38,047 bases of DNA from Octopus sinensis (taxonomy: Eukaryota), in contig NW_021832043.1 of NCBI RefSeq assembly GCF_006345805.1, positions 1 to 38,047 on the forward strand. The letters are read 5' to 3'. Numbering within the stretch: the stretch's first letter is position 1; every line of letters starts with the position of its first letter. Positions 22,455 through 35,460 of this stretch are shown piece by piece. The position numbers and the translations under genes were made by a program. The notes under the pieces are model-generated. The model worked only from the letters and a program-made list of their open reading frames with translations. It was not told the origin of the DNA and ran no database searches.

Positions 22455-22897
22455 GAAAAACGCATAAACAATCATTTGTCTAGTTTTAGACTTAAACATA
22501 AGGCGGGTTGCACAACGCTGTCTAGTAAAATTTGGGAATTGAAAGGAAAAAATATCCACTGAACTTAATAGAATAAACCTTCTCCCCAATAGTAAATCTA
22601 AATAACAAAGTAAATTCAGTGATAAGAAATCTACCCATGAGTAAATATCATTTACTACCATGTTTCTGTCGATGGGATTTGCCTCTCTGTCTATATACCT
22701 ACCCTCTTTGTAATGTTGGCAAATGGAATACGTATAAAAATGAATATTGACAATTTAATTTTAAAATTCCATTTGTGGCTGAAGATTGCTCTACATTTTA
22801 AAACTGCTGTAATACTTAACATTGTTTAATTAAATGAAGTAGCATGAAATGATTGTACTGCACTACCTTTGGATATCGTTGTGCTTATTTTGATTAC
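22455..22897 (+). mobile_element. Inverted PLE 3' piece: endonuclease C-terminal fragment plus pLTR-like region
   Basis: EKRINNHLSSFRLKHKAGCTTLSSKIWELKGKNIH (22455-22559) resembles the PLE GIY-YIG helix region; then LNNK...KYHLL-like residues, an HHR, and (TA)n. Confidence 0.7.
22774..22862 (+). ncRNA. Type I hammerhead motif in the PLE pLTR
   Basis: TGTGG CTGAAGA T TGCT...AGCA T GAA ATGATTGT A CTGCA. Stem III differs from the palindrome ACGATCGT by two CpG-type transitions. Confidence 0.7.
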
Positions 22898-22910
22898 ATA
22901 TATATATATA

Positions 22911-23333
22911 TACTCTTTTACTCTTTTACTCTTTTACTTGTTTCAGTCATTTGACTGCGGCCATGCTAGAGCACCGCCTTTTAATCGAGCAACTCAACCC
23001 CGGGACTTATTCTTTTGTAAGCCCAGTACTTATTCTATCGGTCTCTTTGCCCAAGCGCTAAGTGACGGGGACGTAAACACACCAGTATCGGTTGTCAAGC
23101 AATGCTAGGGGACAAACACAGACATACAAACACACACACACACACGCATATACATATATACATATATACGACAGGCTTCTTTCAGTTTCCGTCTTCCAAA
23201 TCCACTTACAAGGCTTTGGTCGGCCCGAGGCTATAGTAGAAGATACTTGCCCAAGGTACCACGCAGTAGGACTGAACCCGGAACCATGTGGTTGGTAAAC
23301 AAGCTACTTACCACACAGTCACTCCTGCGTCTA
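22911..23333 (-). mobile_element. SINE family A, full length, (AAAAGAGT)n tail
   Basis: Complete head, core and tail; tactcttt x3 at the left end. Confidence 0.9.
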
Positions 23334-23540
23334 TATATATATATATATATATATATACACGCACGCACACACGTTGTTTAGTCTCACACCAGAAAAATTA
23401 TCTAACGGAGTTATGATTCATGTCTCTCGAAAAGACTTGCAGTATGGGGGCCCGGCCATTCAGGAGGTTGCAAATGGCAACGGAGGGATTTTCACAAATC
23501 TAGAAGGATGATTGACTGCTGGAAATATTATCAAACAATC

Positions 23541-23623
23541 GATTAGTTAATTGGTTAAATAGTTAACCAATTAACTATCTTTGAAGACACTGTTGACCAG
23601 GGTGCTTTTATAGTATTATAATA
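23541..23623. repeat. 15-bp-arm hairpin abutting a 49-bp copy of PLE sequence 21432-21480
   Basis: tagttaattggttaa-atag-ttaaccaattaacta (23544-23577); 23575-23623 has 4 mismatches to 21432-21480. Confidence 0.8.
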
Positions 23624-24047
23624 TAGTATTATAAACCATCAGACAAATAAATGATACAAAAATGAGATAGAACAAGTGCGTGTGTTTATTACTTGCATAA
23701 TGACCCTCCCTAGATACTGCATTATATAGATAGATAGATATAGACACTGATGTGTGTCAATGTGTGTATATTTATATATCTATGTATCTATATGTGCGAA
23801 TGTATAAATATATATACATGTATATATATATATATATAGATATATATATATATATTTACGGGCGTTTATGTATATACGTGTGTATGTATATGTCTTTATA
23901 TATATATATACGTGTGTTTATGCATATATTATGTATATATGTATGTATTTATACGTGTCTGTATATATATATGTGTGTGTTGAGTGTGTGTGCGTGCGTG
24001 TGTGTGCATGTGTGTGTGTGTGAGAGAGAGAGATAGAGAGGGAGAGG

Positions 24048-24088
<41 letters not shown>

Positions 24089-25065
24089 AAGAGAGAAGCC
24101 CGTAGGTCGCTAGATCACGTAAAACTCATGGAATTTGGCCTATATCTGCTGAAATCTCTGTGAATACGAGCAAGAAGTTTCACAGAAGCATCCACTTGAG
24201 ATTCCAAGTTCTACTCGAATCTTTGGAAAAGCAAAACCAACAAAAACAGAAAACAACAGCAAATCCCTGTTAAGCACATCCGGAACATGAATAGGTTACA
24301 GCAACGAAATAAATTTTGTAAAAAAATACAAAAAACGTAACGAAATCGAAATTAAATAGAACAGGTTAAGGTGAGAATTTATGAGGAAAGCCTACTCTAA
24401 ATTTCATCTTCATCATTTACAAAGGTTAAAAGTTAAGAAGTTTGTTTCGCAAGCACGTCGTTCTGCGTTCGATCCCACTTTCTGGTAATTTGTAGAAGGA
24501 AGTTAGAAACTTTAAGGAGAGTAGAACAACAGAAAATCTTCAGAGAAGAAACCCATCCCATTTCGTGCAAGTATGTTGGTCCTTAAGTTCTTACACTCTA
24601 AAGATACGAGGCCGTGTCCTGGTCATGACTCTTGAATGCCTCTTTGTTGTTACATTCTGTCCTACTGTCCGTATTGCAGTCTGCATCTGTCTAAGAGGAT
24701 TAGGTACCCCAGAGTGAAGGTAATTTCGATGTCATGACCATCGCGGTCTGCAACGCCAGTTGACCATAGGGTAAATTAAACCTTTTGAAATTCGCTTTCC
24801 TTCTTGAACAGATCCGGTTGGAACTTTTCTCAGTTGCTTCTGTTTATTGCCTTAACAGTTTTAATTCTTTTTTCCAGAGACAGAAACATATTTCATAAGA
24901 TCGTAGGTAGATTTGCCCACTAAAAGCCCTCGTTACCACCTCTATGACGAGGACTTTGGATTAGAAACCGGATTCTGCCAACTTGATGCTTTCAACTATA
25001 GAAACGGATCGCCAAAGACCTTGCGAACAAAAGTTGATAGACGCAAAGCAATACAGAATCCCTTC

Positions 25066-25284
25066 AAGGCGACGAGCTGCTGGCAAAATCGTTATCGCAC
25101 CGAACAAAATGCTAAGCAGTATTTCGTCCGTCTTTATGTTCTGAATCCAAATTCCGCCGAGGTTGACTTTGTCTTTCATCCTTTTGGGGTCGTTAGAATA
25201 GATGCCAATTGAGCACAGGGGTTGATGTAATCAACATGCCCCCTCCCCCGAACTCGCTCGTTTTGTGCCAAAATGTGAAGCCAA
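25066..25284 (+). mobile_element. SINE family B, diverged short-tail variant
   Basis: aaggcgacgagctg...aattccgccgaggttgactttgtctttcatcc. Confidence 0.8.
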
Positions 25285-25827
25285 CCTAGAACTCCACCGG
25301 AAAGATTGTACTGGACACGTGTGATGGATTTAACCCATCATTTGATTTGATAACACTATCCGGGGCGTGTTTAGGCAAGCTCCTCTCTCGTGTAAAACCC
25401 TCAACTTCCTTTCACACTCTAGTCTTGAGGAATATCACATGAGTTGCCTACATTTATTGAATGAGCAAAATACATTTAAGCAGACATATTGTCATTGGAC
25501 CGTAGAGGAGATGCGATAGACACGGAAACGGTCGTTCATTAAGACAAGTCATTCATATTGATAAAAAGAGCAAATAACAGGTGACAGAAAAGGTATGGAC
25601 ATTAATATTAGGAAACTTCCACCACAACAACTCACGAAAAGAAACTGCTCTACAACAATTTTCATCGTATTCAAAGCAGAATCTTTACCTATGTGTAAAT
25701 GGGTCTATTTTACTTAATTTAAGACGATTTCTAAGTAGAGAGAAGCAATGCAACAAAGTGTTTTCATAAAAAATTAATATAATTATAATTTTGTCTCCTA
25801 CATATAGACGTATATAATTCTCGTTCG

Positions 25828-25866
<39 letters not shown>

Positions 25867-25868
<2 letters not shown>

Positions 25869-26104
25869 TCTTTACTCCCTTTTACTTTTTTATTTATTTC
25901 AGTCAGTTGACTGCAGCCATGCTGGAGCACCGCCTTTAATCGAAAGAATCGACCCCAGGACTTATTCTTTGTAAGCTTAGTACTTATTCTATCGGTCTCT
26001 TTTGCCGAACCACTAAGTTACGGGGACGTAAACACAACAGCATCGGTTGTCAAGTGAGTGTTGGGGAGGGGGACAAACACAGACACACAGCCATTTACAC
26101 ACAC

Positions 26105-26155
<51 letters not shown>

Positions 26156-26222
26156 GTGTAGATATACATATATATATATGCGGGCTTCTTTCAGTTTCCG
26201 ACTACCAAATCCACTCACAAGG

Positions 26223-26224
<2 letters not shown>
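25867..26224 (-). mobile_element. SINE family A, head missing
   Basis: Tail and centre intact; stops at ccactcacaaggc next to (TA)n. Confidence 0.85.
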
Positions 26225-26267
<43 letters not shown>

Positions 26268-27817
26268 ATATATACACACACAAACACATTACGTAACGCG
26301 GCATATGCACATACAAACACACATATACGAAACGCATGCTAAGACACATTTAAGCATAAACATTGTTAGAAAAAAGATCTCTTACATATCCACTATACAC
26401 ACACACATACACGCACATCTGCGTTCGTGCGTGTATATGTGCGTATGTCTACAATTATATTTAACGCATTTTCGTGTACAGCCGGCCGTATGAAGACCGT
26501 TCACGTTCATAACCTTTTATAAATGCTGATATGCTCAAAGCTTGGTCAAACTGGAATGAATTACTTAGAAGAGCATAAAGCAATGTTGGATGAAATATAG
26601 GTGAGTTCAGTTATAATTAACACGTACCTGCGCGCACACTCGGACGTAGGAAGACATGTCGCTGTGGAGATAAGCTCGGGAAAAATGCTCCTCTAACATA
26701 AATATGTGTAAACACACTTCATTGCACAATGATTGACGTCATTGGACTGTAGGACCCACGTGGTTTTACATCGCTACGCTTCTCAGCTATGGACATCGAA
26801 TCAGTCGTTCATAGTCTACCAAGAAGTAGAGTTCTTATGAAAAAAAAAAAAGGGCAAAATGCACACAAATAATATAGGATTGGAAATGATCGTCAAATAT
26901 AATTCCGAAAATGGCAGTTTTTTTTCTCTTCAAGGGATCCCATTATTATTGTCGCAAAGGTTGCTGCGACATTGGTTCCCATTGCTGTGCCTAATATTTG
27001 AATATAATGCTGGTTATCAATTTATATATTCTGGCTGTATCAAGGAACTTTTGCAAAAGTTTATGTATGTATGTATGTATGTATGTATGTATGTATGTGT
27101 TGTTGTATGTATGTATGTATGTATGTGTGTGTATGTTGTATGTATGTATGTATGTATGTGTGTATGTATGTTGTATGTATGTATGTATGTATGTATGTAT
27201 GTATGTATGTATGTATGTATGTATGTGTGTATGTATGTATGTAGGTATGTATGTATGTAGTGTTATGTATGATGTTGTATGTATGTATGTATGTATGTAG
27301 TATGTATGTATGTGTTATCTGTATGCATGTATGTATGTATATATATATATATAAATACACGTGTGTGTGTGTGTGCATGCATATTATTCATGTGACTGGT
27401 GATTCAAGTTTCGTTTGTTCAAAGAGCCGTGGAGCGAAACTGGAAGATTACATCAGTATAAACTTGATAATAAATTTTATTCTACTCCCAGTATTGAGTA
27501 CTCCCCAATCAAACAGAAATTGTTCCATTGTTATTCTTAAACTTACCTTAAAGTGACAGCGTCGAGTAAAGCCACATTCACACACACACACACACACACA
27601 CACTCATACACACACACACACACACACACATACATACACACGTATAATGTAATATTTATTCACTATTTGTGGATAAGTTGCAAATAAATTTACATGCACT
27701 CGTTAAATAAACATACATTTAGCTTCGTTGTATAAACAAACACTCGGGCTAAATCACGCGCAAGTTTCTTACTTGCTCTTTCTCATTCTTTTTTTCCTTT
27801 AATCCACCTCTACTCTG

Positions 27818-27863
<46 letters not shown>

Positions 27864-28050
27864 GTTCTCTCTCTCTCGCTCTTTCTTACTCTCTCTGCAG
27901 AATGAACTGGAAAACATGCATTAGTTTCGCCTGGTCATTTCCGGGTCATCGTTTATTTAAAACTGAATTTGGTCATCATCAATACTAACATAATACACAC
28001 ACACACACACACACACACATATGGATAAATACATAGATAGTTGTATTAAG

Positions 28051-28085
<35 letters not shown>

Positions 28086-28819
28086 ATGTAAGAAAATACA
28101 AACTGGGAAAAGAACGCAAAACATTTAGAAGACGATACAAAAAACACGGACGGGACATTTGAAGCCTTCAATCTTCAGTCAAGAACCGGATCATCCTCGC
28201 AATTTCGGCTGATTAATCTTATATATGTATGTATATAATTGTAAAAATTAAGTACGAGTTTATATAAGCATATATATATATGTATGTATATGCACACTTG
28301 AATACATACACATGTATATACCTGTGGTGTGGTGTGGAATGAGTGGAATGATGTGGTATGTGTGTGTGTGTGTGTGTGTGTATGAGCGTGTACACATATA
28401 TCATTGACCAATGGTCCTCCTGAAGAGGCTGTTCAGCGTTTCTCGCATGAAGATATACCCGTATCAAGCATCATGTGATTCGATAACTATTTTGTTCATT
28501 TGCTCGTTGTGTAACTTGTTTATATAATACACATTATAATAGCGATAAGAAATATTATATATAATATGCATTCATTATAATATCAACGATCCAACGCACT
28601 CTTGAAACAGCTGTTTAAATTATTTACGTTTACTTCCTGTAATATATTTGTAATATCTCACACGAATGAAATTTCTTTCATCCAAGATTGTCCGCCTTCC
28701 CTCTATAATTACATCTACGTATACATATACATGCACACACATACACACAGATATAGGAGAATTTGTTTTTGAAAAATGCACTTGAATTTGAAAAAAACGT
28801 GTAGTTGTTTTTAAATAGA

Positions 28820-28985
28820 TTTATTCACAACAAGCAGGTGTATTCGTTTTGACGATCGGAAAGATTGGAAAAGACTTTGATGTTTCGAGCCTACGCTCTT
28901 CAACAGAAATGTTTGAGAGGGAAAAAATGCAGAGAAATAAAAACGGCGAAAGACAAAAAGGTGCAGGGAATATGAAATATACATT
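28820..28985 (-). mobile_element. Family H1 copy 3; HHR-like motif at 28876-28909
   Basis: Minus strand: TTT CTGTTGA A GAGC gtag GCTC GAAAC ATC AAA (stem III G to A, a CpG-type change). Confidence 0.7.
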
Positions 28986-29144
28986 TCTTTTTTATCTTTT
29001 ATCGTTTTACTTGTTACAGCGGCCATGGTGGGGCACCGTCTTGAAGAACTTGGGGCACCGTCTTGAAGAACTTTAGATGAACGAATCGCTAAGTTACGGG
29101 AACATAGATAGAGCAAGAACGGTTATGAAGCCGTTAGGGGTGGA

Positions 29145-29150
<6 letters not shown>
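28986..29150 (-). mobile_element. SINE family A tail, diverged, with a short internal duplication
   Basis: ggggcaccgtcttgaagaactt occurs twice. Confidence 0.65.
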
Positions 29151-29193
<43 letters not shown>

Positions 29194-29229
29194 GCATATT
29201 ATATAAACAAATATCGATATAGGACTGCT

Positions 29230-29485
29230 ATGAGTCCTAGGACTCATAAGGCCGGACTCATATTCCAGAGGTATAAGTCACTGAGCTTACAACACTCTCC
29301 CACCCCGAACGACACCCTGGTCCGTTAATTTCTCAGCAACAATTCGAACTCATTTACAGTTGTGTGGACTGGAGTAACAGGAAGTGAAATGTTTTTCTCA
29401 CGAACACAAGGCACTGTCTGGTCCGGGAATCGAAACCACAATCTTACGATCCTGAGTACAACATCATAACCTCACGACCAGACTC
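29230..29485 (-). mobile_element. SINE family C, diverged
   Basis: gggaatcgaaaccacaatcttacgatc is the reverse complement of the 9881 head; perfect 20-bp palindrome tatgagtcctaggactcata at 29229-29248. Confidence 0.75.
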
Positions 29486-29682
29486 CTTTACATTATCTAA
29501 TATAACTTTTCAATTATTATTCAATATGTTCTTAGTTTTTCAAGACGGTAAGGTAAGGATTGAGTGAGCTTTCGCTGCTATTTTTGGCAGATTGAGTTAT
29601 TGCATACAGACACATAGGAAATACTACAAAATAATGTAAATAATTCCTCATCTCTTAAATATAGAACTGTAAAAAAAAAAAC

Positions 29683-30260
29683 GGTTCCAAATCTTTATAC
29701 AAGGTCAGTAGTTTGGGGGGTGGGGTAAGTCGATTATATCGACCCCAGAGCACAACTGGTATTTTATCGACCTTGTAAGGACGAACGACAAAGTCGCCCC
29801 CGGCAGAATTTGAACTCAGAATGTGAAGATTGACGAAATACCTATTTCTTTACTACCCACAAAGGGCTCAACACAGAGGGGACAAACAAGGACAGACAAA
29901 CCGGATGAAGTCGATTACATCGACCCCAGTGCGTAACTGGTACTTAAGTTATCGACCCCGAAAGGATGAAAGGCAAAGTCAACCTCAGCGGAATTTGAAC
30001 TCAGAATGTAACGGCGGACGAAATACCGATTTCTTTACTACCCACAAGGGGCTAAACACAGAGGGGACAAACAAGGACAGACAAACGGATTAAGTCGATT
30101 ATATCGACCCCAGTGTGTAACTGGTACTTATTTAATCGACCCCGAAAGGATAAAAGGCGAAGTCGACCTCAGCGGAATTTGAACTCAGAACGTAGCGGCT
30201 GACAAAATACCGCTAAGCATTTCGTCCGGCGTGCAAACGATTCTGCCTGCACGCCGCCTT
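29683..30260 (-). mobile_element. Tandem trimer of SINE family B
   Basis: Units 30028-30260, 29843-30027 and 29683-29842; both junctions join the tail to ggtatttcgtc inside the head. Confidence 0.9.
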
Positions 30261-30387
30261 AAAATGCTATACAATAATAATTACTTCGTTATTTTGCAGT
30301 GTTAAACACAAGTCCTTCCAAGAATGTTGGCTGCCGAGAGAGATGGGCTGTGTCAGGTTGAACTATCTGATATTCACCTTATATGTG

Positions 30388-30774
30388 TAGGCGCAATGGC
30401 CCAGTTGTTAGGGCAGCGAACTCGCGGTCATAGGATCGTGGTTTCGATTCCCAGACCGGGCGTTGTGAGTGTTTATTGAGCGAAAACACCTAAAAGCTCC
30501 ACGAGGCTCCGGCAGGGATGGTGGTGATCCCTGCTGTACTCTTTCACCACAACTTTCTCTCTCACTCTTACTTCCTGTTTCTGTTGTACCTGTATTTCAA
30601 AGGGCCGGCCTTGTCACTCTCTGTGTCACGCTGGATATCCCCGAGAACTACGTTAAGGGTGCACGTGTTTGTGGAGTGCTCAGCCACTTACACGTTAATT
30701 TCACGAGCAGGCCGTTCCTTTGATTCGGATCAACCGGAACCCTCGTCGTCGTAACCGACGGAGTGCTTCCATCC
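30388..30774 (+). mobile_element. SINE family D (tRNA-derived head), full length
   Basis: tggcccagttgtta A-box-like, gtttcgattccc B-box-like; attcacct repeated on both flanks (30372-30379, 30775-30782). Confidence 0.85.
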
Positions 30775-31441
30775 ATTCACCCTATGCAGTTCAATAAGTG
30801 CTTAGCTTCTTTGACTTTTTTGCTGTCTCGTCCAGTCCATCTGGTTGTTGTCAGTCACATAGAAACGCCTCAATCCATCTCCAACAAGATATGAATGTTA
30901 ACCACATCACACACATAAACATTGTAAGTAATACCTTACATTCTAGAAGTACAAGAAACTCAGGAAATTTTAAGTACTTTCGTGCCGTAGTACAATTAAT
31001 AAAACATATTAATCGGTGACGGTTAGTTTCTTAGTGATAAATGCTTTTTAAATCTTTTACTAACGTAAACCTTAGCGCGCGCAGCTCTCACCTGCTCCGA
31101 GCTGACGTAAGAGGGTTGTGCGTCAGCAATACACATTCCGTCTGCTCTACACACGGTTGTAATTAAGGTAAAAGCAGGTAGCTCTTTGTCATTGCAAACA
31201 CCTCCTAAAGTGTCTGTGTCTGTCTGAAACGCGACCAACGTGTAAATGCGTGCAGGTTTTTTTATTTACCTTTACGAAAAACCAAATTGCCGGTGGTTAT
31301 GGTGCAGTGTTTCGCTTCATCAATGCTTTAAGAGGGGTCGAAAGTTTCGGGGTTACAATAATTCACAGCTAAAACTCAACTGATGTGGAAACAATTGCAC
31401 AGTCGAGTCTTTGAGTACAGCTTCGAAAGAAAGTAGGCCGA

Positions 31442-31474
<33 letters not shown>

Positions 31475-31807
31475 ATTATATATATATATATATATTATAT
31501 ATATAGATATATATATATTATATATATATATATATATATATGTATATCCCACATATATATATATACATACATATACATATATATATATATATTTAAACAT
31601 ATGTACATAAAATATATTATATATATATATATATATATATACATACATACATACATACATACATACATACATACATACATACATACATACATACATACGT
31701 ACATACATACATACCCATCCACACATCCACAACACACATGTATGTATGTATGTATGTATATATATATATATATATAGTAGTATATAATATATATATTACA
31801 TATAATA

Positions 31808-32480
31808 CCAGGTGCGTGATTATATTGTTGTCTAAATTACGCAAAAATTAAACAATACTGACATCTCATTTTAAGATATATTTACCAAAATTACATAAAA
31901 ATATATTGAATTACTAAAGAGTAAATTTATTCAATAAAATCGCCACTGGCCCCAACCACTGGCCTCAACCACAGCCTCCAGGCAACTTCGGAATCTCCTG
32001 CAACTCTTCTAGACCTTTTTTTTAGTGGTGAATGTTGCCATAATCTTCACTTCATTTTTGATGTTACAAGGAGTTTTGTTGATCTCTCACTCAACTGAAC
32101 CCCACACACAATAATCATGGGGGTTGCAGTCTGGGGAGTTATGTGGTCAGATGTTAGGGGTGATGTGGTTACAGAAATTACCTGATGGCCATGACTCGGT
32201 TCTCCTGCTTGTATGGCATTGGTGCAGAGTCCTGTTGCTAGACATAGGGTCTTCCAGAAGCCATCCCCTTCACCCAGGGCAGCACTACCTCCTCCAGGAA
32301 CTTGATGTAGGCCTCCGTGTTGAGTGTGAGGCTGTGTGAAAAGGTGAATGGAGGCATAACGTCTCCATCACTAGTGATCACTCCAAACACCATGATGTTG
32401 ACTGGCTGTTTGATTTTTATCACTCCCAGTACAAATTTTGGGGACAACGGTTGTTCTGTGTTCACCATCTGTTCGTATTG
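31808..32480 (-). mobile_element. Tc1/mariner DD37D (maT-type) transposon, 3' half, pseudogenised
   Basis: PVNIMVFGVITSDGDVMPPF...QQDSAP(fs)CHTSRRT...NSPDCNPHDY; 37 residues between the 2nd and 3rd catalytic D after one frameshift; TA plus ccaggtgcg candidate terminus at 31806. Confidence 0.9.
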
Positions 32481-32694
32481 GTGCTTCCAGCACGAATGCC
32501 AAGCAGAACAGGATGTCGTTTCCAAATTTCTGGCAGAGTGAATTGCATCATGGTGCTGTTCTTCTCACAGACAGTGCCCAACTGACCCTACTATACCGTG
32601 TAGTCGACAAAAAACAAAACTGTGCACATGTGCGAAATTAAAAGTACGAAATCACGACAATTTACCCATCGTATCCTATATGTATGTTTTGTGC

Positions 32695-32737
<43 letters not shown>

Positions 32738-32899
32738 ATACCCTCTAGAGTATGAATCGAGTACTCTTTTCTCATTCGTCCGACACACACAGAGTGTACA
32801 GGGTAAATTTGATAGTTTCCATAAAATGAAAAGGAATCACAATGTCCCATCCAAAAATAAAGTATTAAAAAATTTTTAAGGATGCTCAGTTTTCATTAA

Positions 32900-33119
32900 C
32901 CCACTAGTGTTTAAGCCAGCCTTATCTGGCCCATATATTCTACATGTTTTATATTCAAACTGGCCATATCTGGCCCCTCACACCTAACCTACATTGACAT
33001 TCTAAAAATAAACAATCACGTCATTGAAACCTCAAAGCTATAAGATAATGCATGATTAATTCAAAACAATTTAAGTGAAAAAGTATTACATTTAACAGAG
33101 TAATCTGAACACTAAAGGG
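32900..33119. mobile_element. piggyBac-type MITE
   Basis: TTAA|cccactagtgttta ... tgaacactaaaggg|TTAA; 12 of 14 TIR bases match. Confidence 0.8.
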
Positions 33120-33891
33120 TTAAACCCGTCCTCTTAGCTGCTAACATTGACAAAATGCAGTTCAGTTCAATGTAGAGAGCAAAAGTGAGCTGTGTCTACC
33201 ATATACATTCGATTTCCGGTCTTCTTTCGATTCTTTGCAGCCTGATGGCTAAATAAGAATTTCCGATTTCTTTACGCTGTTCTTTGCACTTTTTATTGAA
33301 CTCTGCCAAGTGTTTTATGCTGCAAGGATGGATTGGGTCGGTGTTGGGTAGACAAGGCAGTGATCCATAGTTTGAGGGCTGCTTCACATTCACGGGTGTG
33401 TGACCAATCTCTTGACGTCATCTGACCGAAGCGACCTTTGATCTTCCCGTTCTCGTGGTGTTGAGTGTCTTAGACTGAGCCAACGGAGAGGCAATCAGCA
33501 AAGGAGATTCTCATGTCAATTGGGAATACACATATATGCATATACATATCTATATAAATGTAGGTGTGTGTGCATGTGTATACACACACACATAATACGA
33601 TTAGTAAACATATAGATATATACATATATATATATATGTATATTTATATAAGTGTAATGTGTATATGTATATATATAAGCATATATGTATGTACATATGT
33701 ATATTCTTATGTATGTATGTATATATGTATGAATGTATATATATATATGTATGTATATGTATGTATATGTATATATATGTATGTATATGTATGTATATAT
33801 ATGTATGTATATGTATGTATATGTATATATATATATATGTGTGTGTGTGTGTATGTATGTATATGTATATATATGTATATGTATATGTATG

Positions 33892-33927
<36 letters not shown>

Positions 33928-34057
33928 AATGCAATGTATAATGTGAATGCATATGTATGATGAACTTAGAGAAACTGGAAAATTTAGACAATCTTATACA
34001 CACGCACAAATATATACCACCGTATATACATCTATACACTGCGCCCAACCGCTGCTA

Positions 34058-34118
34058 CCACCACCATCACCACCACCACCACCATCACCACCACCACCAC
34101 CACCACCACCACCACCAC
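34058..34118. repeat. (CCA)n tract
   Basis: Direct reading. Confidence 0.9.
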
Positions 34119-34411
34119 TATACAGCTACTCTTTAGCACAAGTTGTTTAACGGACGCTCTACAGTATTTGGCACGTGTTAAACAGCGGAGTATGGCAAAC
34201 GCTTCAGAAACTCCTTCTTCCTACCCACACCTCGCCTCCAACGCACTTACTCTAGACAGCTTCTCAAGTGTACTTGAATTACGAAGTGCGGAGAGAAAAC
34301 GATCGCTTCGCAAGCGCTGAGATACATTTGGAATTTAAAAGAAACAACAAAAACTAAAAACAAACTTGCAATAACTACAGAGTCTAAGAAGAGAGCAAAG
34401 CAAGAAAATAA

Positions 34412-34443
<32 letters not shown>

Positions 34444-35249
34444 GGAGAGAGAGTGGGGTGAGTGGAGAAGCATTTGTTATTAATGGTAGTGATTGGGAAA
34501 AAATATTGCTTACGTCATAACTAATAAATATTTAATCACTTTCAAAGAGTTGTAGTGATGTTGTCAAGATGGCTGCCAAAAAAGTCAATATTTCGTTGTT
34601 AGACATTTTTTCGTGTTAACGTAAATTTTCAATTTGTAGGTATATGTGTCTTTGTTGCGTACTATATATTTATATATATGTACATATATATGTATATATA
34701 TATATGTGTATGAATATATGTATATTATCATGTATATATATATATATATAATATATATATATATTATATATAATATATGTAATATATATGTATATTACAT
34801 GTATATATATATATATATATGTATATAATATAGGTATATATATATATATATATATATTATATCTATATGTGTGTGTGTATACATACATGCATGTGTATAT
34901 CTACATGCGTTTGTGTGCGTGCGTGTGGTTGTGTGTGACTGTGAGTGTGTTTATACATGCATATATGTATCTATACTATAATGGAGAAAGCTGATTATTA
35001 ATTAGTTGTGTAACAATTACTAAAAGTGCTAAAAGAAAGCAATTCTTAAAAGCTTGACCATCTGGAAATATTTTTATAAATTCATGTTCTCAGAAATTGC
35101 CTATAATTTCGATTTCTGAAGTTTATTGAATTTTTTTACTCCAAATCCTCGCAAATTTAAATATTCACTGCATTCAATTCTTCATAAATTTAAACATTCA
35201 ATGCATTCATTGTGAAGTAGATTTTAATGTTTAATATTTTTATTTATTT

Positions 35250-35460
35250 TTTCATTTTTATCTAGTTTCAGTTCACAAGCTGTGGCCATGCTGGGGCACC
35301 ACCATTTGGTGTTGCTACATGATTTTACTTCACGAATGCTTTTTAGCAACTGCCATTTGGTGCATGAGAGAGTTCGATGCAGCTGCCCTCATCTGCACCT
35401 CCTGCCGTGAAGTTGGTTCATCCGGGACACCTGACAGGAAGAGATCCAGTTTTATTTTGA
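35250..35460 (-). mobile_element. Second copy of the 17440 LINE 3' end (shorter)
   Basis: High identity to 17445-17655. Confidence 0.9.

Noticed and set aside
28595-28625. GAAACAGCTGTT half-HHR
   Set aside because: Palindrome present but no credible stem I, stem II or box.
31378-31410. CTGATGT G GAAACAATTGC as an HHR
   Set aside because: No stem II or stem I, and the box is wrong at position 9.
33196-33393. 65-aa minus-strand ORF in non-repetitive sequence
   Set aside because: No motif recognised; length expected by chance.
34192-34320. 42-aa ORF ending RKRSLRKR
   Set aside because: Short, no recognisable homology, no supporting gene structure.
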